Made by a program: the position numbers and the translations under genes. A stretch of DNA of 64,000 nt from Callorhinchus milii (lineage: Eukaryota): NCBI RefSeq assembly GCF_018977255.1, contig NW_024704742.1:5458001-5522000 (forward strand). Reading direction: 5' to 3'. Of the stretch, positions 13,672 through 24,522 are shown piece after piece. The notes beneath the pieces were generated by a model, which ran no database searches, was not told where the DNA came from, and saw only the letters and a program-made list of their open reading frames with translations. Position 1 is the stretch's first letter. The number at the start of each line of letters is the position of its first letter.

Positions 13672-13798
13672 GAAGGACTGGGGAATTGAGAACTTTGTCT
13701 CACCAACTCTGCTTCATAACATGAAGGAAAAAGACATCAGAAAGGCCATTAACTACCATCTCAAGAATAATCACAGCTTGGTTGCACCAGGACAAAAG
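13672..13798 (+). CDS. FRMPD1: FRMPD1 coding exon (FERM F2)
   Basis: tgttcag|G ... AAG|gtaatc. Encodes (E)KDWGIENFVSPTLLHNMKEKDIRKAINYHLKNNHSLVAPGQK. 127 bp. Confidence 0.95.
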
Positions 13799-14334
13799 GT
13801 AATCATTTCTAATTCAGATTATAGTGTGAATATTAATTACTCCCTAGTGGTTTCAAGCACTTTTACATTGACCGTGCCGGTTATTCCAACCCTATTCAAA
13901 TTATTTTTCCTGGGAGATTTCTGAATGGAAGCAAATGAAATAGCAGTTAAATTAGCCTCTTTACATGTAATGATTGCACAGAACTATTATTCCAGTACTC
14001 ACGTCTGCAAAGCGCAAATGTTCTGGATTGTACTTGGTGCACACATTCTTCCTAAGAGGCATTAAACAGGAAATAGGAGCTTTCTAGACTAGGTTGGTCA
14101 AGCCACTGTTTGGTGTAAAAACTGAGTCCTACACATTGGGAGTCCTACAGATTGGTTTTGCACTGATTGGCATAGGATCCTGGTCTGTGCTGGGTGAACT
14201 GATCTAAGTCAGGCACTGAGGGTTACAATTGCCTCAACGTTCCAGGATTAGGGAGGGAAAAATCAGACCAAAATCCCACCAGGAACCACACCGGGCAAAT
14301 TTTGCAGCCAATATCGGGGCGGCAATATCTCATA

Positions 14335-14630
14335 AACAGCCATGGAGTAAGTGACCAATTTTATCTGGGAAGATAGTTAATCAGGATTCAGGACAGAAAC
14401 TCCCTTCTCTTTTTGAATAGTGGCACAGGATCTTTAAGGTCTGTGTGTCTGTCATCTGAACAAGCAGATGGGACATTGGTTTAACATCTCATCTAAAGGA
14501 TGGCACCTGCGGTAATGCAGCACAATCCAAACTCTGTATTGTTTTGGAGTATCAGCTTACACCAGATGGGTTCCAAGACCTAATGTGGGGTTTGAACTCA
14601 CAGCCTTATGACTCAGAAGTAGGAGTGCGA
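14335..14630 (-). mobile_element. Ancient Deu-type SINE relic
   Basis: Similar to 4775-5000 and 42890-43130 (gatctttaa..tccacctgaacag..cag). Confidence 0.6.
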
Positions 14631-14863
14631 CCAGAGTTGACATACATCACAGTGAGGAGAACATTAAAAAGAATTGGACAATCTAAAATTTAAAAAAAAA
14701 CAGAAGACTGCTTCCGAATATAGCCAATGTAACCAAAGTGATATCTTCGTTCAGTTGGGGGATCTGGTTTTACATGTAGAGGAAACATTTTGCTTTTGTG
14801 TGATATTAAACTTCTACTAAAATGTGTTAAGAAATCAAATCACTTTTTTTCTCTGATTTCAAG

Positions 14864-14959
14864 CAGCTGATATCGACAGCTCAAACTCGGCTGAATTATC
14901 TGAACATACTTGGCGATCTTCGGACATATGGAGGAAAAATCTTTAATGTAACCCTGATG
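14864..14959 (+). CDS. FRMPD1: FRMPD1 coding exon (FERM F2/F3)
   Basis: Tandem acceptor aag|CAG, donor ATG|gtatgt. Encodes QLISTAQTRLNYLNILGDLRTYGGKIFNVTLM. 96 bp. Confidence 0.93.
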
Positions 14960-15059
14960 GTATGTGTATGAAAAAACAGAGTGCACGTCCCTTTCTGCTA
15001 CTTACTACAGTATTTAATTTTTTCCCCTTAACGTATCTCACCAACATTGGTTTCTCCAG

Positions 15060-15242
15060 TTGCAGGACAGAGAATCGTTTGTCACCCTGTTGATTGGAGC
15101 CAAGTATGGCATCAGTCAGGTTATTAACAGTAAGCTCAATATTATGAACCTGCTGACGAACTTCCGGCACATCAGGAAGCTGGAGCTCACGTTCGAGTGT
15201 GAGAAGGTCAGCATGGTGAAGATCCACCTACAGGATGTGAAG
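15060..15242 (+). CDS. FRMPD1: FRMPD1 coding exon (FERM F3)
   Basis: tctccag|TTG ... AAG|gtaaag, after a 100-bp intron. Encodes LQDRESFVTLLIGAKYGISQVINSKLNIMNLL...VKIHLQDVK. 183 bp. Confidence 0.95.
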
Positions 15243-17012
15243 GTAAAGGGCCCACACCTGCTCTCATTTCCTGCACGGAGGTGCGTTTTGTGCTTTAAAC
15301 GGTATCGCTGGTGGAAGATCGAAGGAAACCTTTCGCTGATTCAATCGCTGTCTCTGAATTGATGGCATTCACCAATCTAATGTGTCCACCTGCTGAACCA
15401 GTCCTCGACTTCTGAAAAATATTAAGAGAGGTTACTTGCTGCCTCTCTGTGTCTGCAAGGGGGAGAAGGGACTCGGAGAGATCACAAGAAAGTTCGGATG
15501 AAGTAGGGTGGTGAGTCCTTCCAGAATACCCACCCTACCATCTGCACGTCACAGCATCCAGCTGCTCTGTGAATGAATCCAGAATCCTGGTCTCAACCAC
15601 TCTGCCTGGTGACCTGCTACAGTCATTAGTTATCCTCTGGGGAAAGAAATATTTCCTGGTGTCAATACTGCACTACTATGTTCAGATGCTGGTCACCTTC
15701 TAATGCTTTATGCAAATGGTCATTCTTCGTGAGTGAATTAAGTGGTGAGCGTCTTGATCATTCTTCATGAGTGAAATTGTTTTATACCTCTGAGTTATCT
15801 TTCTGCGAGACTGAAAAAATATGTATGATTCAGTCCTGCAGCTGATGGTGCAAACAGCCACTGAGTCACCAAGCGAGTCAAGTTGAGCCATGGTTCCTGA
15901 AGATATATGGTGACATAAGAACGTAGAAAAGCAGGAGCAGGAGGAGACCATTTAGTCCATCGAACCTGTTCCACTAGTTTATTACATTTGATCAGATATT
16001 TAATCCCAATTAATGTATGAGAAGCGAGGGAAGTGGTGCACTGAAGCTACGCTAATCTAATCACATGGAGGCTAGTTCAGCAATATCTGAAAGAACAGTG
16101 GGTATCAGGTGTTCAGGTGATCAATATACCATATCCACAGAACGTTGTTTGCTTGTGTGAACAAATTCAGCTTGTTCAGTTCCAGGAGACAAATGTTGTA
16201 ATGATGTATCATTGCCTAGTTTTCTTTACGACAGTTGAAAAACAAAAATCAGCTGCTGCTCATTACTTTACCACTGGAGTGTGCGTCGCATGAAGCTTGC
16301 CTATGACCAATACTATTAATTATGATAGTATATAGTATTCTACCTGCAATTGCCTCCTTAACAAGAGCAGCAAGGACATTACTTCATCATCTGAAGCTTT
16401 AACATATGATGTTGACTTCATGGTCTAGTGGATGATTAGGTTTCCTATTGCACCACAATGAGAGCCTGACACCTTGAGCGTTAAGCAGCAAGCTGTCGGC
16501 CTGGCTCGGCTGCTAGCATTCTCACTTGTGAGTCAGAAAGTTGTGGGTTCATTTCTAGAATCCAGAGCAGTCCTGGTGAAGTTCTGTATTGTGGGATATG
16601 TCATCCTTTGGATGGGGAGTTAAAACGAGATCCTGTTGTTTCATTCTTAACATATGCTGGAAAGAGGAGGTGTCCTTGTGGTGGGGAGGATCTTGATGTT
16701 CCTCCTCATTCTCCAATTGGTAACCACGCAAGCGTTCTAGCTAGGTTTTGCCAAACAAATATGGAGTAGTTGGGGAATTAAATGAACAAACCCTCTGTGA
16801 TATCTGGTGCTATTGCCGGTGACTGGAGATAAATGTTGTCAGTGAAGGGGAGGAATTAGTTGAATTAAAAAATATGTTGCACGGCAGTGAAAGTCTATTA
16901 TTTTTAATGTAAATGAGGGAATCAATGCTGACAAGGAATCTAGCCTGCGTCTGTGAAAGGCTTAATTTGACGAACAGCTCTTTGTTTCATTGCTGCGTGT
17001 TTCTGTTTTCAG

Positions 17013-17157
17013 CCCCTGACGTTATTACTGGAGGCTCACTATGCCAAGGATCTTGTGTGTCTGATCGCTGGCTATCACAAGCTGTACGTGAAGTTGGGTG
17101 AAAGTATATTCACATGGCCCAGCAGCACCCAGAATCCGCCGTTTACAAACGAGGAAG
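17013..17157 (+). CDS. FRMPD1: FRMPD1 coding exon (FERM F3 end)
   Basis: gttttcag|CCC ... GAAG|gtaata. Encodes PLTLLLEAHYAKDLVCLIAGYHKLYVKLGESIFTWP...EE. 145 bp, ends in phase 1. Confidence 0.94.
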
Positions 17158-19113
17158 GTAATACGATAAATACTTCACTGTTTTTTTTTAAAAAAAGTGT
17201 TGCCTTCAGACTTTCCTCCCCTCTCCTGCCGATGTTGACTCAGGCTGAAGTGCAGCTGGACAGACACCAAACACACTCTCCCGGTCGTGTTTTCTGCCTT
17301 CAATTAAGGTAGGGGATAAAAAAAACAACTAAAGCTTGGTCAGATCCAAAGCAAGAGAACAGACTGAAACAGAAGCAGCACAAGAATCCAAACCCCATTT
17401 GATGCTGTACCTTTTCTACTCTTTTCCGTCTAAATGTTTCTCTGTCACTTCCTTTCTCTCTATTTCCATCTCTTTTTCTCCTTCAGATGCTGCGACTATT
17501 CGTAGCATCTCAGGACAGATTGAATTCGGCCTTAGACCCGCTGGTTCTGGCTCAATTTCACACTGGCCATTGCTTTTTTCTTATTAATAATCCTTGCAAT
17601 TTGCATAATCCTTGCTACCTGTCCTTTCATTACACCAAGTCAGTAAATGTAGGACAAAGGTTAGAGCTGTCATCATTGAGCGAATTCCCAGTGTGCGATG
17701 GGAAATAAAGTCATGCCAATTTCAGCATGATAAAGTGCAAGGATTAATAATATTATATTATTATGATTGTAATATGATGCCAATAACCGCATATAAGAGA
17801 GCCAGGTTTGAGAGAGTCAGCAGTAACTCACTGTCTTATAATATCTAACATTGTTGTGCAACTTGCTGTACCCTGACTTCTGCCGACAACTGTTTGGTGT
17901 TAAGATTTGTCAGTATATTGTTTATTGTTGCAAACAGCAGATTTAAAGATATGTTTCCAGAGAATACGTGTGAGACAGTGAAGGTAGAAGGAGATTCTAT
18001 CAGGATCCCTTTTTTTAAACAATCTAATTTATAATCAATTATGACAAACTTTAGCATTGTATCAGTCTACGTGTGTTTGTTTTTGAATAATAGTTTGTTT
18101 AAATTGTAAATGGTGATGATTTAACTGAAGGAATTAGTCACTTAAAAAAAGTGCACTTATGAATGCACACTCACGTAATGTACGTTTGCAGGCATACTTG
18201 CGTACCCATGCATTCATGCATGCACACATACATGATCATGCATGTACATCCCTACTCACTGAGACGTGTGTTTTTGAATGCATACGCATACAATCAATAT
18301 GCATGCACACAGTCGCACATACTCATACACACTGGTGCACACATATGTGCAAGGACAAGTCCATATACGCACGCTCATGCAAACACTCCAAAATATGGGT
18401 ACATGCATTTGTGTACACGCGCAGACCCACCAGAATTTAAATCAACAAATGGGAAAAATTATGCGCAATGGATAATCAGCCTTCTTTTTTGTAGTTTCGT
18501 AGTTTTTTTTTAATCGTAGGTAATACCGACGGTAGGAATTTTCTTTATTTCAATTCCATTTCTTGAAGCTCTTTCAGACCTTTTAAGCACTCTGAGACGC
18601 TATCATGCGTGGAGGGCGCTATAATAAGTGCAAGTTGTTGTTGCATTGGGGGTAATTTCTGAAGTTCATGAGTCATGTTGGGTGCGGTTTGATGGACACT
18701 GGGTTTTCTGGTAGTAGAATGATAATTCTTAATGCCTGGCAGTGAGTATCGGTAACCTATTTGAATGTGGAAGGCATCAAAATTGAATTCAATCCTGTCA
18801 ACACTCTATAATCCCATACACACAGCTTTTCAGCAGAAGGCAGTGAATAACAATCAGGAGCAGAAACCTGGGCTGGTTCTTTTCCTCTACCTATCCATGA
18901 TACTGGGCCAAATGCAGCTCAGTTGGTGTCTTGGCTGGTATCAACTAACCAAACACAGACTGCAATCAAATTGGGCATTGTTTTATGTCTGTGTGACTCG
19001 GTTTCACTTTGAAAAGCAGCACTTTCACTGAAGCACTGTGAAAGTTCAGCTTCTTCACGGAACTTCTCAAGTCTTCCTTCACTGACTTTGGATGTAATTT
19101 TCTCTCCGTACAG

Positions 19114-19959
19114 GCGAGGATTCTCGGGGATGCAGTGACTCGGAGTCTTCATCTGAAATTGACTCTTCGTTGGAGATGTCTGCCGAATTCCACAAACTGA
19201 GGAACGGATACATCCAGCCGTTGAACGAAGAAGACGAAGAGAATGAGAATTCAGAGAGCGAGGCAACGGACAGCGATTACAAACGGGAAGAGGCGCTGGA
19301 AGAGATGAGCTGCAGTACCGGAGATACGTCGGATATCAACGAAGTTAGTCAGGAAAGGAGTGACTGTGAACGAAGCTGCTCTATTGACTCAATGGAAGAA
19401 CTGGACGTCGAAGTCTCAGCGAGCAACATGTTGTATCAGCAATCGCACTGTGATATTTCTGAAGAGGTGGCAGAGGAAGGCAAAGGTTCCATCCCTGCAG
19501 GAAGTTTAGATAAACCACTTACGCGGAAGAAGTGTACGACGGAATCTAAGGACAGCTTGCTTCACCTTTCAGAGGCAGAGGACTCCTTGACTTGCATCAA
19601 CGTTCTATCTGAGAGTTGCAACAGTGCTACAGAGGAGATGGTGGCTGGCTCTTCGCATGATTTAAGTGACAAGTCCCATTCTACTGAAGGAATGGAAAGT
19701 TGCAACCAGTGCCATGAAGACATCAGTGGCAAGGCTGAAGAAGGGCCTGGGCTCAACAATTGGACAGACAGCATCTTGCTAGCTGAGCTGCCACCAGAGA
19801 CGCCAGCTCCTGACTGTGATATGCTTGTCGATGTTCTAAACATTCCTATTCTGGATCCTCCTCCCGGGTTTGGAGACAGCAGTTCAGATGATGAATTTTT
19901 TGATGCAGCAGATAGATTGACTCCTGTTGAACTTCCCGTTACCATTGGAACAGGAGAAG
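19114..19959 (+). CDS. FRMPD1: FRMPD1 penultimate coding exon (acidic low-complexity region)
   Basis: cgtacag|GC ... GAAG|gtttgt. Starts GEDSRGCSDSESSSEID (human GYESRACSDSEESSEVD) and contains PPPGFGDSSSDDEFFDAADRLTP. Phase 1 to 1. Confidence 0.9.
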
Positions 19960-22251
19960 GTTTGTCGTTTTGTTCAAAATACATTTGCTGCTTGTAGCAA
20001 TTTCTGCTGGGATTTTTTAATAAGGTCTCTGAATCATTAGTGGGCACGCTTTCCGAAAACGGACATTTGTCACCCCATTCCAGGGAAAGGTTGCTCTGGA
20101 AATAGATTGCGTCAGAATAGAATTCCTATGGGTTCGGGTCATGCACTTACTGTTCTTCAAAGCATCCACTTTTGTGACTCAGACTCCTTATTTTGGAATC
20201 CTGTTTCCAATCTCTGGGGTTTTAAGCCCCAGTGACGTATTCATTTACTATACATGGTAAGTCGATCGGGAACATATTGAAATAAATATCTAGGTGTCAG
20301 GAAGTGGGTTTTGTGCTGAGTGGGTGATGTTTGATAATCAGTGAAGCCAAATCAATTGTTGCGGTTAGCAAGTGCAGTGGGAAATGTGACGTAGGCAGAT
20401 ATGCAACCATTCAAGCCATTCATTCCAGCCATTAATTGAAATGTAGAGATCTCAGGCCTGAAAATTCATACGGTCTGAGCCTTAAGAGCATTGTATTCAA
20501 AATAAAGCTTGTGCAGAAAGCAGCTATTTTCCTCCAGTTCACAAAAACGAATCTGTGGAAAACCATCAATCCTGAATTGTGGTTTTAAATTCCAGAACAG
20601 TGGATTTGCAGGAAAAGAGGAATTTGGGGGATTAAAATTCAATGTCCCACAGTCATTAATTCCTAGCAAAGTAGTTGAATGCTCAAGAGCAAGATTTAAA
20701 ATGAGCATAAAAGAAAATTCATGAATTTAAAAATACGGTAACTGGTAAATGAAAAGCGAAATGCACAAATTTTCATTAAAATGAACAGGCATGTAAATTA
20801 TCCTGAACGAGCGCGTGTTCATGAGAGAGGACCTTGTGCTAATGAAAGCACATACACTCTCACCACACATATTACATAGAATTACTTTGAACAATACAGC
20901 ATGGAAGCAGGCCATTCGGTCCAACCAGCCAATTTACGTAGAGCAATGTCCCACAAACAGCCACAAAGTGCCTATAGCAAAGAATTTCCTACAACATTTT
21001 CCAATGTTATATTCTACAGTAACATGGATACGATGGTCTTTCAGGCAAATAATTATCGACTTTGTGACACAATATGCCTGGGTCCAAATCTGGATCCCAA
21101 ATTTTGCATTATCATTGTAGATAATAATCCTTACACAGTAATCCTTACATTTGCTATAGCGCATTTCATGTCAGGAGGACATCTCAAACTGCTTCACAGG
21201 ATTACATTGTAAATTGCAGTGACTGGTTTGTTTTGTGGGCAGTTGTGGGATTGCCGCCCAGTACCTGAAATTCTTGTTCCCAAACTGGCATTGGAGCGTT
21301 GCTTCACAGGATACCAATTGTGTGAAGTCAGTGTACCGTGAAGCTGCACTTGATTCAAAATAACAATGATTAAATTGCTTAAATCTTAGCATTCACCGAT
21401 TATCCAAATGTCAGGGGTTTGTTCACACCTCGCACCACGTGATAATTATCACCTAAATTCCAATGTTTTTGAACTGATTCAATGTGATAATTAATATCTA
21501 ATCTATTTTGAAACACTACATTTTTTCATCCCAAAGTAAAAATTTAAAGTAGCATTTCTTTATAGAGAGGATAATTAATAGCTGGACTGAGTTATTGAGA
21601 AAGGTTCCAAAGTCCTAGATGTAAGAAACCGCTTGCTGCTTAAGGACCATTAAAGTTGTTTTTATCTACAAAATGAAAACCCGGGTATTTTCTGTTTCTT
21701 TGCGGGTTTATTTTTGGTGTCAAAAACAGGAGAACATTTTCTTTTTTGGTGGGGGAAGGAGGGGATGACACACAAAAAACAAGAAAGAATGGCAAATATT
21801 AAGAAGGCAGTTCCTTTATTGATTAACGCAAATTCACTATAGGGGTAACTAAAAAAAAAACTCCATCAGGAGTTATACAGTCTTGTAATAACACACTTAA
21901 CCAGCTCTTATCGCTCTCCCTCTGCCTCACTCTCTCACGCTGAATCGCTCTTTCTCTCTGTCTTTCTCTTTTGCAATAGCTAATTTTCATTGAGAGCGGG
22001 GATTTTTCCCCACACAACATCTGGGAACCCTGCAATCCCAAACCCCAACGGGTAGGACAAGCAGCAGGAAGCTTGTTAGATAGTACTTTCAATGGCAGCT
22101 ATGCTGGTTAAACTCCTGCAGGACCCAACACATAATCTGGGTCCCCAAGCCTTGGCACTTCATCCCGAACTCTACAACGTACAAAATACTACAAATTTAA
22201 CATCCAGGTCCTTTAAAAGATCCAGTTGTATATGTCCAAAGTTATTCGCAT

Positions 22252-23460
22252 AACAACAATAAAACATTACACTTGTACAGCGCCCTTCGTGACAGGAAGA
22301 CAACCCAGGGCGCTGGACAATCAGGGGTTTTGACCCCGACCTGGGAGCTGAGGTCAGGAAGGGTGGAGGGAGGGGCGGTGGCCGAAGGCACGGTCGAAGA
22401 AGAAGGTCTTTAGATGGGACTTGAAGGAGGCAAGAGAAGGGGTGAAGCGGCGGGATTGCAGGCTAGGCTTCCAGAATATGAGGGCAGAGATGCTGAATGC
22501 CCAACCATCAATGGAGGGGCGGGAAGTGCGGGGGACCTGAAGCAGACTGGTGTCCACCAAGAGGAGGGAGCGGACAGGCTAATATGGGGTTAGGAGGTCA
22601 CAGAGGGGGGAGCAAGATCATGGAGGGCTTTAAGGGTCGAGGCAACCTGCAGTGAGAGGCAGTGGCGGTGGAGGGCACTATTGCGGAGATGGGGAAAGGC
22701 GGAACAGGTCATGGCACAAATGTAGGATTTGAAGGATAGCTGAGGATTGAACAGTACACTGAGGTTCCGTATTGGCTCGGTGAGGTGAAGAGTGGAACCA
22801 TGAATAGTGATGTTATCAGAGCATGAGGTGAGGAGGCGTTGACAGGAACCAAGCAGGAGTGCCTCTGTCTTGCCAACATTGAGCTGGAGGAAGTTGGCTC
22901 TCATCCAGGACTTGATGTCTGACAGACAATTTGCCAGGACATCAACAGTTCTGGAGTCGAGGGTGGAGGCGGCGAGATAAGAGTTGGGTGTCATCTGCAT
23001 ACATGTGGAAATTACCTCATGTCTGCGGATGACATTAGCGAGCGTGAGCATGTATATATTGAAGAGGAGGGGACCAGGACAGAGCCCTGAGGGACTCCAC
23101 ACGTGACAGAGCAGGGGCCAGAGGAGAAGCCGTTAGTGGACACGAAGTGGAGAGAATGGGAAAGGTAAGATTGGAACCAGGCAAGAGCAGAACCCCGTTG
23201 AGGTGGAGGTGGGAGGAGAGGCGGTGGAGAAGAATAGAGTGGTTGACGGTATCAAGAGCGGCCGAGAGGTCAAGAAGGATGAGGACACAGAGAGAGCCCT
23301 GGTCACCGGTGGACAGAATGTCCTTCGTCACTTTGACCAGGGCTGACTCTGTGCGGTGAAGCCGCACGAAACCTAGAGTTTGTAGAGGGAATCCTGGGAG
23401 AGGAAAGAGTTGGGAAGCAACAAGTCGTTCCATGACCTTGGGAAGAAAAGGATGGTTTGA
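22252..23460 (-). mobile_element. L2 LINE fragment (RT core plus 3' end)
   Basis: Encodes TESALVKVTKDIL...LILLDLSAALDTVNHSILL, GPLLFNIYM, and WMRANFLQLNVGKTE. Confidence 0.92.
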
Positions 23461-23867
23461 AATAAGGTTAACATAGATGCTTACATTGTTTCTCTAGTAA
23501 CCTCATCCCCAGCCACTGAATTTGCAAATGGTGCACATATCTAATACCAACATTAAATCACTCAATTTGTTTTTTTATAAAGCAAAATAATTTGAACTGA
23601 TTGACTTTCACTCAGGAAAATGGATTTTTTTTGTGAAACTGGTAAATTTAATGATTTTATTGATGCTGTAATGGAAGGATAGTGGAGCTGGTAAGTTGGA
23701 TGGATGAGATCAAATGGGCTAAATGGCCTGTTCGTCTGAACCTCTATTGTCATTTTGTGTGCGGGTGGGATGGGGGGAAGAAAATAAGTTGTTGCTTGAT
23801 TGCTTGCAGTTGCTGTCGGAAATGTGTGAAGCATTTACAATGTAAAACCTTTCATTTTTTCCAGCAG

Positions 23868-24520
23868 ACTTGGAGCCTGTCGACAGCAATGGCAAGGAAT
23901 GTGAGTGGAATTTGTTGAAAATGCCAAGGGATTATGGTAATGGAATGAACAGCAAGTCAGGGGATCCCAAGGAGGATGAAAATGACCACACAAGACATTC
24001 GACGAACACGGAAAAACAAGGTTATTTCACACACAACGACCTTCTTTATGACATAAAGCATGATCTTCCTCAGAGTTTTTCAGGTGAAAGTAAAGATCAT
24101 ATGTGCTGTTACGAAAGGGATAATCATGTATCGGAGATCCAGCAATCCCCAACCCTGTCTTCTTTGAAGAGAATTGAGAACGAGCCTGCTCTGATGGAAA
24201 CAAAACCAATTGGGCCATTGAAATCCATCCCCGTCTCCACCAACAAAAAGGTCACTTCGGATCTGATGGAAATGGAGCCTGACACCATGGAAACCAAGTC
24301 TGTGACAGAGTCAATAAAAATTGTTTCCCCAGTTTCTGCTACACGTTACAGGGGTGAGCCAGGTACTAAAGAGAATTGCACAGCTTCAACAGTTGGGAAA
24401 TGCCGTACCGAGGGAGGAGAGATCACAAACCAATGTCCTTTGAATAATAACCAATCCAGAAAAGATTGCCCCCAAATTAATGAGTCAAATGTAATTCTGG
24501 AGCTTGGAGATAACTCCTTA
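23868..24520 (+). CDS. FRMPD1: FRMPD1 last exon, segment before the frameshift
   Basis: Acceptor ttttccagcag| (alternative start 23865). Contains the conserved blocks CCYERD, SPTLSSL, EPALMETK and LMEMEPDTMETKSV. The 3' boundary is my best estimate of the frameshift position. Confidence 0.85.
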
Positions 24521-24522
24521 GA

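Noticed and set aside
13286..13924. 212-aa ORF fusing a SINE to a FRMPD1 exon
   Set aside because: Chance read-through. The exon has its own good acceptor at 13671, and the start is a GTG in the SINE head.
18159..18430. His/Thr/Cys-rich ORFs
   Set aside because: Degenerate (CA/TG) alternating low-complexity DNA.
21940..22055. Pyrimidine tract plus AG in the last FRMPD1 intron
   Set aside because: In the required phase 1 it hits TGA after four codons, and the tract is a CT microsatellite.
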